A DNA stretch of 64,000 nt. It comes from Coriobacteriia bacterium (lineage in GTDB: Bacteria > Actinomycetota > Coriobacteriia > Anaerosomatales > Kmv31). The notes under the pieces were generated by a model. That model had not been told where the DNA came from. It worked only from the letters and a program-made list of their open reading frames with translations, and searched no databases. Location: contig JACUUM010000002.1 in NCBI GenBank assembly GCA_014859305.1, positions 9,077-73,076 on the forward strand, read 5' to 3'. A program made the translations under genes and the position numbers. Below, in pieces: positions 53,499 to 61,932 of this stretch; the first letter of the stretch is position 1; the number at the start of each line of letters is the position of its first letter.

Positions 53499-54662
53499 CT
53501 ACTCGTAGCGCAGCGCTTGTACGGGGTTGAGCCTGCTGGCGTGCCATGCGGGCCAGAGGCCGGCCAGCACGCCCAGGACGATCGCGAACGCGAGTGAGCC
53601 GCCGGCCAGCCGGCCGGTCACCAGGAACAGCGTCGTGGCGCTCGCCTCGCCCGCGGCGTTCAGCGCGCGCGCGACCGACCAGCCCAGCCCCACGCCGACA
53701 GCGCCGCCGACCATGCCGATGAGACCGGACTCCGCGATGAACTGCCGCATGATCGCGCCGTTGGAGGCGCCGATGGCCTTGCGGATGCCGATCTCCCGGG
53801 TGCGCTCGGCCACCGCCATGGTCATGGTGTTGATCACCGACAGGCCTCCGACCAGCAGCGAGATGAGCGCGATGCCGAAGATGATCGAGTTCAGCAGCGA
53901 CATCGCCTGGACGATCTGCTCCTCGAAGCCCGCCGGGCCCATCGTGGAGACACCGGCCACGCCGCGCTCGATCGCCTCCGCGAGCTCGTCGGGGTCGACG
54001 CCCTCGGCCGCGTAGGCGGAGATGGACGTGCACACGGTCTTCTCGTCGATCACCCCGCGGACCGCGTCGGGCAGGGTGCGCACGAACAGGCGCTGAGCGT
54101 CGCGCATCGGCACGACGACCGAGCTGTCCGGCCCGGTGAGCGTCTTCTCGAGGATGCCGATGACCTCGAAGGACTCGCCGCGCACCTTCACGGTCGCCCC
54201 GACCTCGGCGTCGAGCTTGCCGACGAGGTCCGACCCCACCACCGCCACCCCGCGCTCCCCGGGCCTGATGTCGCGGCCCTGCGCGAAGCGGATCTCGAAG
54301 GTCTCGTAGCCCTGCGCGCGCCCGTCCTCGGCGACGACCATGGGCGGGGTGCCCATGTTCACCGCGCCCATCTCCTCGTCGAGCAGCATCGCCACGCCGG
54401 CGCTCGCCCGCGTGACGCCCTCGACGCGCTCGATCTCGTCGACCTTCGACGTGGACATCGGCGCCGACATGAAGGCGCTGCCGGCCGACTCGTCCGTCAC
54501 GATGACCTTGTCGGCGTAGTACTTGACCCCGCCGTCGACGAGCAGGTTCAGCTTCTCGGCCATCGCGCCCATCACCACGAGCGCGAGCACGCCGATCGTG
54601 ATGCCGAAGATCGTCAGGAATGCCCTGGTCTTCCGGCGGAACACGTTCCTGAGCGTCCGCAT
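53499..54662 (-). CDS. ABC transporter permease (MacB_PCD + FtsX domains)
   Basis: 387 aa. It has an N-terminal TM helix, a periplasmic domain and a C-terminal FtsX-like 3-TM region (REIGIRKAIGASNGAIMRQF). Confidence 0.9.
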   Translation of the reverse strand: MRTLRNVFRRKTRAFLTIFGITIGVLALVVMGAMAEKLNLLVDGGVKYYADKVIVTDESAGSAFMSAPMSTSKVDEIERVEGVTRASAGVAMLLDEEMGAVNMGTPPMVVAEDGRAQGYETFEIRFAQGRDIRPGERGVAVVGSDLVGKLDAEVGATVKVRGESFEVIGILEKTLTGPDSSVVVPMRDAQRLFVRTLPDAVRGVIDEKTVCTSISAYAAEGVDPDELAEAIERGVAGVSTMGPAGFEEQIVQAMSLLNSIIFGIALISLLVGGLSVINTMTMAVAERTREIGIRKAIGASNGAIMRQFIAESGLIGMVGGAVGVGLGWSVARALNAAGEASATTLFLVTGRLAGGSLAFAIVLGVLAGLWPAWHASRLNPVQALRYE

Positions 54663-54688
54663 GCCCGGACCCCCTCCTCCTGGTCAGT

Positions 54689-54703
54689 CAGTTAACTTAA
54701 CTG
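54689..54703. promoter_or_regulatory. 15-bp perfect palindrome CAGTTAAcTTAACTG: candidate TetR operator in front of the ABC exporter
   Basis: It lies 27 nt upstream of the permease ATG (54662) and downstream of a minus-strand TTGACA (54746-54751). A related GTTAAC element at 54792-54797 overlaps the tetR -10. Confidence 0.5.
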
Positions 54704-54769
54704 CGTTCACCAGCGCCGTTCACCCTAGTAGCAGCAACAGGGCCGTGTCAAGGGCTTCCAGCCGGAAAC

Positions 54770-54798
54770 TTGACATTGTTCACATAACGCTGTTAACT
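54770..54798 (+). promoter_or_regulatory. tetR promoter TTGACA-17-TTAACT
   Basis: The -35 is a perfect TTGACA at 54770-54775. The -10-like TTAACT at 54793-54798 contains the GTTAAC half-operator. Confidence 0.45.
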
Positions 54799-54884
54799 CG
54801 CACCGGCCGGCGCATTGCCGGCTGGATGAAGTGCCGCCCCGCCCTCGCCGGGGGGGCAGCAAGGAGACGGAGAAGGCCGCGACC

Positions 54885-55544
54885 ATGACCGCACGCCCGG
54901 CCAACCCCAGACTCGCCCTGGACATCCTGCAGGCGACCGCGGAGCTCGTGGAGGACAAGGGTCCCCACGGGGTGACGATGCGCGCCGTCGCGGAACGGGT
55001 GGGGTACAGCCCGACGACGATCTACCTCTACTTCTCGAACAAGGACCAGCTCCTGAACGAGACGGAGGAGCGCGCGTTCGAGTGGCTCGCCGAGGACCTG
55101 GCCCGAGCCGCGTCTTCCCCCTCGCCGCTTGAGCGGATACGCCAGAGCGCGCGGGCGTACGTCGAGTGGGCGCTGGCCCACCCCGAGATGTACAAGCTGA
55201 TGTTCGAGCACGCCTACTCGGCCGAGCCTCTCGACGCGGACACATGGAGTGAGGGCATCCAGCGCCGCCGGAGAGCGCTGCTCGACGCTCGCGAGCGCTT
55301 CGAGGCCGCCGTCGCGGCCGGGGAGCTCGACGCGTCCACGGATGTCGACGCCGCCGTGCTCGTCTCCTGGGCGGCGCTGCACGGGTTGGTCTCGCTGGCG
55401 CTGTCGGGCCGCCTCATGGGACCTTCCCGCGTCCTGCCCCCCGGCTTGCTCGAGAAGCGCGTGGCCGAGCTCGCCGACGTAGCCTTGGACGCCTGGGTCA
55501 CGCTGTGGGCGCCCCCGGGCGCGGCCGCCGAGGCCGCCGGCTAG
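54885..55544 (+). CDS. TetR/AcrR family transcriptional regulator
   Basis: ATG 54885 follows GGAGAAGG. ILQATAELVEDKGPHGVTMRAVAERVGYSPTTIYLYFSNKDQLL is the TetR HTH. Confidence 0.92.
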   Translation: MTARPANPRLALDILQATAELVEDKGPHGVTMRAVAERVGYSPTTIYLYFSNKDQLLNETEERAFEWLAEDLARAASSPSPLERIRQSARAYVEWALAHPEMYKLMFEHAYSAEPLDADTWSEGIQRRRRALLDARERFEAAVAAGELDASTDVDAAVLVSWAALHGLVSLALSGRLMGPSRVLPPGLLEKRVAELADVALDAWVTLWAPPGAAAEAAG

Positions 55545-55553
55545 GGCGCGCGC

Positions 55554-56594
55554 TCACACCCCGAGGTCGAGCTGGCCGCCCCCCTGACCGCGCTTCCCGC
55601 CCCCGGCGGGCTCTTCGTCCGCCCCGTTCTCCTCCGCCGGCGCCGGTTCGCCGGTCGGCACGCCGCCGCGCCGCTCCTCCACGACGCCGCCGAGGATCGA
55701 GGCCATCTCGCCGGCGTTGCGGGGAGCGTAGTCGTTGCGGCAGTTGTTGAACATGACGTAGGTGACCTCGGTCTCCTCGGCGAGCCGGCGGACGGGGTCC
55801 GCCCACTCCTCGAGCTCGTCGCGGGAGTAGAGGTAGTCGAAGCGCTCCGCGGCCGTCCCGGTCCGCTTGAAGTACGTCTCGGTGTTGCGGCCGTGCAGGC
55901 GCACGTACCCCGTCGGCGCGGTCGCGGCGCAGACGCCGGGCAGGGTCAGGCGCTTCTCGAACTGCGGCGCGTCCACGCAGACGTAGCTCAGCCCCCGGTC
56001 GGCCAGGAAGGAGAAGGTCTCCCCCGCCCGGTCCTCGGCCACCCACGAGGGATGGCGGAACTCCACGAGCACCGGCAGCCCACCGAGCATCTCCGCCGCG
56101 CGCTCGATGTAGCCGAGGTTCTCGCGCGCGCGCTCGGGGTCGGCGGCGGCGAAGTACGGCGGGAACTGCATGAGCACGCCTCCCATCTTGCCCGAGGAGC
56201 GGAGCGGCTCCGTCTCGCGCAGGAAGATGTCGAAGGTGCGCCGGAGCATCTCGGGCTCGGGGCGTGCGACGCGGCCGGAGCGCGTGCGCTCGAAGCGGTA
56301 CCCGCGCAGCTCCGGGTGCAGCGAGCGCTCGTCCACCGCGTGCTGGGTCATCAGGCCGTACGCCTTGACGTGGAAGACGAAGCCCGGCGGCGTGCGCTCC
56401 ACCCAGTTCGCGACCCAGTCGCGCCGCGGGAGACCGTAGAAGGTGGAGTCGACCTCGACGGTGTCGAAGCGCGCGGCGTAGTAGCGCAGCTTCGCCTCGG
56501 CCGAGCGCACCGCGGCGGGGTAGAAGGTGCCCGACATCGTGCGCTCCGCCCACGAGCAGCTGCCGACCCGGACGTTGCGCTTCGCGCTACCCAC
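55554..56594 (-). CDS. DUF72 domain-containing protein
   Basis: VRVGSCSWAERTMSGTFYP...YAARFDTVEVDSTFYGLP...FVFHVKAY is the DUF72 pattern. About 60 aa of Gly/Glu/Pro-rich C-terminal extension. Confidence 0.88.
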   Translation of the reverse strand: MGSAKRNVRVGSCSWAERTMSGTFYPAAVRSAEAKLRYYAARFDTVEVDSTFYGLPRRDWVANWVERTPPGFVFHVKAYGLMTQHAVDERSLHPELRGYRFERTRSGRVARPEPEMLRRTFDIFLRETEPLRSSGKMGGVLMQFPPYFAAADPERARENLGYIERAAEMLGGLPVLVEFRHPSWVAEDRAGETFSFLADRGLSYVCVDAPQFEKRLTLPGVCAATAPTGYVRLHGRNTETYFKRTGTAAERFDYLYSRDELEEWADPVRRLAEETEVTYVMFNNCRNDYAPRNAGEMASILGGVVEERRGGVPTGEPAPAEENGADEEPAGGGKRGQGGGQLDLGV

Positions 56595-56605
56595 TCACCT
56601 CACGC

Positions 56606-57046
56606 CTACCATCGGTTCCCGAGCACGTACACAACCGCGGCCAGCGGCGCGAGCAGCCAGCCGATCGGCCCGAACCCGCCGAGGAGGGAGCCCGCAAGGG
56701 CCGCGACGCCGGCGACCGCCGCGATCGAGGGACTGCGGTGCCCGCCGGATCCTCGGCGCGCGGCCTCGGCCACGCCCATCCCGAACAAGAGGTGGATGAA
56801 GAAGAAGCCGAAGCCGATCAGCCCCAGCACGAGCCCGCCGACGAGCCCCGCCGGCAACGCGTAGGCCGCCGCGAGCGCGAGCTGGTGCGGCTTGACGAGC
56901 GCCGTCTGCCCCCGTGCGGGACGGGCGCACTCTCGGCACTTGTAGCCCACGGGCGTGGATACCATGTCCTTGGGGCAGATCGGGCGCTCGCACTCCGCGC
57001 AGCGCAGACCGGTCTCGACACCCCTATGGAACGCGCACTCGGCCAC
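56606..57046 (-). CDS. Zinc-ribbon (B-box-like) N-terminal domain membrane protein
   Basis: 146 aa, GTG start. CAFHRGVETGLRCAECERPICPKDM...YKCRECA is followed by 3-4 hydrophobic helices. Confidence 0.65.
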   Translation of the reverse strand: MAECAFHRGVETGLRCAECERPICPKDMVSTPVGYKCRECARPARGQTALVKPHQLALAAAYALPAGLVGGLVLGLIGFGFFFIHLLFGMGVAEAARRGSGGHRSPSIAAVAGVAALAGSLLGGFGPIGWLLAPLAAVVYVLGNRW

Positions 57047-57073
57047 TTGCTGGTCGTTCTCCGTTCGCTGGCG

Positions 57074-57331
57074 CTAGTCGTCCTCCAGCGGCGTTATGTA
57101 GGTGATCGCCGAGGTGGCCACGGCGATGAAATCGCGCTTCTCGCCGACGCGGTAGTGCTGTCCGCGGTCCGCGATCTCCACATCGGAGAGACACAGGAAC
57201 TGCTTGTCGTAGTCGTTCAAGTGATCCGACAGCCGGTAGCCGCTGTCCTTCACCGGCTTGTAGACGTACCCCTTGAAGCTCCGCGCCGTCGTCTCCACGA
57301 GCACCCTCACTCGCTGATGGCTCTCCTCCAC
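57074..57331 (-). CDS. Small conserved-looking hypothetical protein (85 aa)
   Basis: The GTG start follows GAGGAGGGGAGAG. The composition is protein-like (RVRVLVETTARSFKGYVYKP...RLSDHLNDYDKQFLCLSDVEI...FIAVATSAITYITPLE). I can name no family. Confidence 0.6.
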   Translation of the reverse strand: MEESHQRVRVLVETTARSFKGYVYKPVKDSGYRLSDHLNDYDKQFLCLSDVEIADRGQHYRVGEKRDFIAVATSAITYITPLEDD

Positions 57332-57395
57332 CTCTCCCCTCCTCGCTCATCCCCCGCATCGGGCCCCTCTCAAGCCCGCTCCCATTCTATCGGTA

Positions 57396-57411
57396 TGTGA
57401 CGTTCGTCACT
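57396..57411. promoter_or_regulatory. CRP/FNR-type palindrome TGTGAcgttcgTCACT (inner GTGACG-tt-CGTCAC perfect)
   Basis: It lies in the divergent region between the 85-aa gene and the ferredoxin gene. On the minus strand it is 6 nt upstream of TAGAAT (57384-57389). Confidence 0.4.
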
Positions 57412-57544
57412 TGACGTGATCCGCCACGCCTCCATGCAGCTAGCATCGTGCCGGTTCGCTCCTCGGGCGGCTTTGGGTATCCACCAGTTAGCGCTGCACG
57501 TCATCGCACCTCACGCCGCCGGCGCGCACGTGAAGGGGGCCTCC

Positions 57545-57736
57545 ATGAAGCCGATCGTCGATTTCGACCTGTGCATAGGCTGCGGGCTGTGCGAGGAGGT
57601 CTGCCCGGAGGTGTTCCGGCTCGAGGACGACGGCTTGGCCCACGTGATCGACGAGGAGCCCGACGAGGAGTTGTACGGGCCGGTGCGCGAGGCGGCGGAC
57701 TCCTGCCCGGTGGACGCGATCTCGATCGAGGAGTGA
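57545..57736 (+). CDS. Small single-cluster ferredoxin
   Basis: ATG 57545 follows GAAGGGGG. DFDLCIGCGLCEEVCPEVF...AADSCPVDAI. 63 aa. Confidence 0.88.
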   Translation: MKPIVDFDLCIGCGLCEEVCPEVFRLEDDGLAHVIDEEPDEELYGPVREAADSCPVDAISIEE

Positions 57737-57820
57737 CGCGAGGCGCTCGGCGCGCCCGTGGGTAGAAAGCTCCCTACCCCAAGCGCGCGACCGCGCGCGA
57801 CCGGCGGCGAGGCGGTGAGG

Positions 57821-58468
57821 ATGATGGCACGGCAGACCGAACAGCTCGTTGCGATCCCTTCCGGCGAGGTGACCCTGGAGGGAGCGCTCCAGGTCCCGGA
57901 GAGCGCGCGGGGCGTGGTGGCCTTCGCGCACGGCAGCGGGTCGAGCCGCCACAGCACCCGCAACCAGCAGGTGGCGCGCGCGCTGTTCGAGGCGGGCTTC
58001 GGGACCCTGCTCTTCGACCTGCTCACCATCGAGGAGGACACGCTCTACGAGAACCGCTTCGACATCTCGCTGCTGACCGCGCGCCTGCGCGCCGCGACGC
58101 TGTACCTGCGCGACCTGACCGAGACCTCCGGGCTTCCCGTGGGCTACTTCGGCGCGAGCACCGGCGCCGCCGCCGCGCTGCACGCCGCGGCAGACCTCGG
58201 CGACATGGTCTCGGCGATCGTGTCCCGCGGGGGGAGGCCGGACCTGGCGATGGGGGTCCTCGGAAGGGTGAGGACGCCGACGCTGCTGATCGTCGGAGGA
58301 GCCGACGAGCAGGTGCTCAAGCTCAACCGCTACGCGCTCGCGCAGATCGCCACGCCGGAGAAGGCCCTCGAGGTCGTGACCGGGGCGACGCACCTGTTCG
58401 AGGAGCCCGGCGCGCTCGACTCCGTCTCACGACTGGCGAGGGATTGGTTCGAGCGCTACCTTTCCTGA
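57821..58468 (+). CDS. Dienelactone hydrolase-like alpha/beta hydrolase
   Basis: [19 protein letters not shown]...[13 protein letters not shown]...[11 protein letters not shown]...GATHLFEE. The start is uncertain (ATG 57821; the track start is 57758). Confidence 0.8.
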   Translation: MMARQTEQLVAIPSGEVTLEGALQVPESARGVVAFAHGSGSSRHSTRNQQVARALFEAGFGTLLFDLLTIEEDTLYENRFDISLLTARLRAATLYLRDLTETSGLPVGYFGASTGAAAALHAAADLGDMVSAIVSRGGRPDLAMGVLGRVRTPTLLIVGGADEQVLKLNRYALAQIATPEKALEVVTGATHLFEEPGALDSVSRLARDWFERYLS

Positions 58469-58469
58469 C

Positions 58470-58811
58470 ATGGACGTGCCGAAGACCGACGAGGAGCTGC
58501 TGGCGCAGTGCGACGTGCAGACCTTCCGCGCGGGGGGTAAGGGCGGCCAGTCGGTGAACACGACGGACAGCGCGGTGCGCCTGGTCCACCGCCCTACCGG
58601 CGTCGCCGTGGTGTGCCGCCGCGAGCGCAGCCAGCACTTGAACAAGCGCCGCTGCCTGAAGACGCTGCGGCGCCGGCTGGAGCGCCTCGCCTGGAAGCCG
58701 GCGGAGCGGGTGCCGACCGAGCCGAGCGCGGCCTCGCTGCGCCGGCGGCGGGAGAGCAAGGAGCGCCAGGCCGCGAAGAAGCGGATGCGCAGGGCGCCCG
58801 CCGAGGACTGA
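58470..58811 (+). CDS. Stand-alone GGQ (RF-1 domain) peptidyl-tRNA hydrolase with a basic tail, ArfB-like
   Basis: 113 aa. [40 protein letters not shown] is followed by an Arg/Lys-rich C-terminus. It starts 2 nt after the hydrolase stop. Confidence 0.75.
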   Translation: MDVPKTDEELLAQCDVQTFRAGGKGGQSVNTTDSAVRLVHRPTGVAVVCRRERSQHLNKRRCLKTLRRRLERLAWKPAERVPTEPSAASLRRRRESKERQAAKKRMRRAPAED

Positions 58812-58835
58812 GGGCGCTCTGCTATCCTTCGTGCC

Positions 58836-59411
58836 GTGGAACCGCGCCGCCTCCCCCACCTCCTAGCGCTCGTCCTCGTCGCCGCCTTCATCGCGCCGAT
58901 GCTCCTCGACACGGCCGCCATGCTCCGCGGCCGGTGGCCCTACTCACGGATCGTGCCGGCCGGCGACAGCCTGGAGAACGTCGGGCAGGCTTCGGGCGGG
59001 CGGAACCGCTTCCTCAACCTGTACGTCGGCCTCGCCGTCCGCCACGTCGCGGGCGGAGCGCCGTCGACGGTCGTCGTGCCCGAGGACCTCACCCTGCTCC
59101 CCGGCCGCCCCCCCGACGTCTTCGGCGGCGTGCCTCAGCCCGCGCTCCGACTCGGCCTGCTTCGCCCCATGCTCGCCGACTCGGTACGCGTGCGCGCCTA
59201 CGACCCGCGGCTCTCGGACGCCCAGGTGGACGCACTGCTGTCCTCGGGACCGGTCCGCGAGCTGCCGTGGGGCGTCCACGCGATCACGTCCGCCGGGGGC
59301 ACGGGCGACGAGCGCCGGGTCGTCCTGCTTTCCGATGCGGAGGGAGAGCGCGTCTTCGCCGCGCCTCTGCGCCTCGCCCCGCGAGGGCTGCTGCCCGAGG
59401 AGGAGCGGTGA
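58836..59411 (+). CDS. Hypothetical N-terminally anchored protein (first gene of the glycosylation operon)
   Basis: 191 aa, GTG start, one TM helix (LLALVLVAAFIAPML). I recognise no family. Confidence 0.55.
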   Translation: MEPRRLPHLLALVLVAAFIAPMLLDTAAMLRGRWPYSRIVPAGDSLENVGQASGGRNRFLNLYVGLAVRHVAGGAPSTVVVPEDLTLLPGRPPDVFGGVPQPALRLGLLRPMLADSVRVRAYDPRLSDAQVDALLSSGPVRELPWGVHAITSAGGTGDERRVVLLSDAEGERVFAAPLRLAPRGLLPEEER

Positions 59412-60934
59412 CCGCGCCGGGCGGCAACGTCGCGCTGGTCGTCGCGTCGCTCGTGCTCGGGTGGGCGGCCCTGTGGCATGCCCGCCGCGCTCTGGGCGGC
59501 GCGTACCACCTGCTCGCCCTCCCGGCCGGGCTTCTCGCGTGGCCGCTCGTGCTCGCCGCGGCGGCCGCGGCGCGGCGAGGATTCGGCGCGAGGCCGTTCG
59601 CGCTGGGCGCCGCCCTGCTGATCGCCGTGTGCTGGGCGGCGCTGCCGCGCCTGCGAGCGCTGCGAGAGGGCCGCACGGCGAGCGCGACCGGGCCGCTCGG
59701 GTTCGCCGCCACCGCCGGAGCGGTGCTCGGAGCCGCCCTCGCTCTCCAGCGCGTCCCTCTGACCGCCAGCGGCTACGACAGCCTCTTCCACTATGGCCTG
59801 CCCGGCGTCTGGCTGCACGACACGGGGAGACTGACCGCGGAGGTCATGGGCGCTTACAGCCCGCTCATCCCCGCCGTTCACGCCGCCGGGTCCGCCCTTG
59901 GCGCCGAGTGGGTCCACGCCGTCTACCCGTTGCTCGCCGCGACCGTGCTGGCGCTCCTCGCGTACGCGGGTTGGAGGTGGGCGTTCCCGGTCGCCCCCTC
60001 GCTGCCTCGCGCGCTCGCCGCCGCCGGGCTCACAGCCCTGCTCGCATCGATCCCGGCGTTCGTCTTCCATTCCTTCTACGTCCACAGCCACATGGTCAGC
60101 GCGGCCTACCTGCTCGGGTCGCTGGTGGCGATCCGCGCCTCCGAGGACGCCCTCGACGCCACCGCCCGGCGCTCGCTCCTCGCGGTCGCGGGGTTGATGG
60201 GCGCCGGCCTCGCCCTCGCGCGGCCCGACGGCCTGGCGTACGCGTTCGTCCTCATCGCGGTCGCGGCGGTCCCGTCCGTCGTCGGCGGGCGCCCTCGCGA
60301 CGCGGCGTCGTTCCTGGCGCCGCCCGCGCTCGTCCTCGGCGTCGTGTACGCCACAGCGTACGTGCGGCTCGGCGTCTGGGGCTCTCACAAGCTCCCCGGT
60401 TCGAGAGCCGCCGCCATGCTCGGCGCACTTTCGGTCGTGGGGGTGGTGTGGCTCGTCGCCGCTTCGTGGCCGGCCCTGCGCAGGGTGGCGCGATCCGAGC
60501 GGCGCGTCCTGACGGCGGGTCACGCCGCCCTCGTCCTGGCCGTGGCGGGGGTCGCGGCACTGAGGACCGAGGGGTTCGTCCGGGCGGCGGCGAACGCCGG
60601 CGAGAACCTGTTCCGTGCCGGAGGGTACGGCTACCTGTGGTACTCGATCCTCGGGCTGCTCGTGCTCACGCTCGCCTTCCCGAGCCTCAGGCGGGCGGCG
60701 GACTGGTCGCCCCGGCTGCTGTTCGCGCTGGCCGCGTTCTTCGCGGTGGGCCTGGCGGTCCACGGCGTCACGCACCCCGGGCGGGTCTCCGTCGCCGACA
60801 GCTTCAACCGGGTCGCGTTCCACGCCGTGCCGGTGTTCATCTGGTATCTTGGAGTGTTCGTCGGGGCGGCCTGGTCGTCGGCGAGAGGCCGGACGGACAC
60901 CGTGATCGAGGGGCCGGAAGAGGCGGCGCGGTGA
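59408..60934 (+). CDS. Large polytopic membrane protein, candidate GT-C-type glycosyltransferase or polymerase
   Basis: GTG 59408 overlaps the upstream stop (GTGA). 508 aa with more than 10 hydrophobic helices. It lies inside a longer spurious track ORF (58613..60934). Confidence 0.6.
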   Translation: MTAPGGNVALVVASLVLGWAALWHARRALGGAYHLLALPAGLLAWPLVLAAAAAARRGFGARPFALGAALLIAVCWAALPRLRALREGRTASATGPLGFAATAGAVLGAALALQRVPLTASGYDSLFHYGLPGVWLHDTGRLTAEVMGAYSPLIPAVHAAGSALGAEWVHAVYPLLAATVLALLAYAGWRWAFPVAPSLPRALAAAGLTALLASIPAFVFHSFYVHSHMVSAAYLLGSLVAIRASEDALDATARRSLLAVAGLMGAGLALARPDGLAYAFVLIAVAAVPSVVGGRPRDAASFLAPPALVLGVVYATAYVRLGVWGSHKLPGSRAAAMLGALSVVGVVWLVAASWPALRRVARSERRVLTAGHAALVLAVAGVAALRTEGFVRAAANAGENLFRAGGYGYLWYSILGLLVLTLAFPSLRRAADWSPRLLFALAAFFAVGLAVHGVTHPGRVSVADSFNRVAFHAVPVFIWYLGVFVGAAWSSARGRTDTVIEGPEEAAR

Positions 60935-61932
60935 AGCTCATCATCCAGATCCCATGCTTCAACGAGGAGGAGTCGCTGCCGGTGGCCCTGGCGGAGCTCC
61001 CGCGCGAGCTGCCGGGCATCGACGAGGTCGAGTGGCTGATCGTCGACGACGGCTCCACCGACCGCACGGTGGAGGTGGCGCGGGCGCACGGGGTGGACCA
61101 CGTCGTGCGCATGACCCGCAACTCCGGCCTCGCGAAGGTCTTCATGGCGGGCGTGGACGCGTGCCTTCGGCTGGGCGCCGACATCATCGTGAACACCGAC
61201 GCGGACAACCAGTACTGCGCCGCGGACATCCCCAAGCTCGTCGAGCCGATACTGGCCGGAAGGGCCGACTACGTGGTGGGGGCCCGGCCGATCGCCCGGA
61301 TCGACCACTTCTCGCCGGTCAAGAAGTCACTCCAGGCGCTCGGGAGCTGGGTCGTCCGGATGGCCAGCGGTACGGACATCCCCGACGCGCCCTCCGGGTA
61401 CCGGGCCGTCACGCGCGAGGCGGCGATGCGTCTCAACGTCTTCTCCGAGTACACCTACACGCTCGAGACGATCATCCAGGCCGGCCGCAAGGGCATGGCC
61501 ATCACCTCGGTCCCGGTGCGCGTCAACGCCGACCTGCGTCCCTCGAGGCTGGTCAAGAGCATCGGCAGCTACGTGAAGCGCTCGGTGTTCACCATCCTGC
61601 GCGTGCTCATGTACTACGAGCCGATGAAGTTCTTCATCGTGCCCGGAGCCGTGCTGGGCGCCCTCGGCGTGCTGCTGGGCCTGCGCTTCGTGTACTTCTA
61701 CGCCATCGGCCAGGGTGAAGGGCACATCCAGTCGCTGATCCTCACGGCGATCCTGATGGTGATCGGCTTCCAGCTCATCGTCTTCGGGCTCGTCGCCGAC
61801 CTGATCGCGGTGAACCGCAGCCTCCTGGAGGAAGTGCAGTGGCGCACGCGGCGGCTCGAGACGGAGATCGACCGCGTGGAGCGCGCCGTCGCCGAGGAGG
61901 GGCAGGCCGGGGAGGGCGTCGCGCGTGCCTGA
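60931..61932 (+). CDS. Family 2 glycosyltransferase with two C-terminal TM helices (polyprenyl-phosphate sugar synthase, GtrB/CsbB/DPM1-like)
   Basis: GTG 60931 overlaps the upstream stop (GTGA). Motifs are KLIIQIPCFNEEESL, IVDDGSTD and NTDADNQY. The C-terminus has the TM pair FFIVPGAVLGALGVLLGL and LILTAILMVIGFQLIVFGLV. Confidence 0.85.
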   Translation: MKLIIQIPCFNEEESLPVALAELPRELPGIDEVEWLIVDDGSTDRTVEVARAHGVDHVVRMTRNSGLAKVFMAGVDACLRLGADIIVNTDADNQYCAADIPKLVEPILAGRADYVVGARPIARIDHFSPVKKSLQALGSWVVRMASGTDIPDAPSGYRAVTREAAMRLNVFSEYTYTLETIIQAGRKGMAITSVPVRVNADLRPSRLVKSIGSYVKRSVFTILRVLMYYEPMKFFIVPGAVLGALGVLLGLRFVYFYAIGQGEGHIQSLILTAILMVIGFQLIVFGLVADLIAVNRSLLEEVQWRTRRLETEIDRVERAVAEEGQAGEGVARA

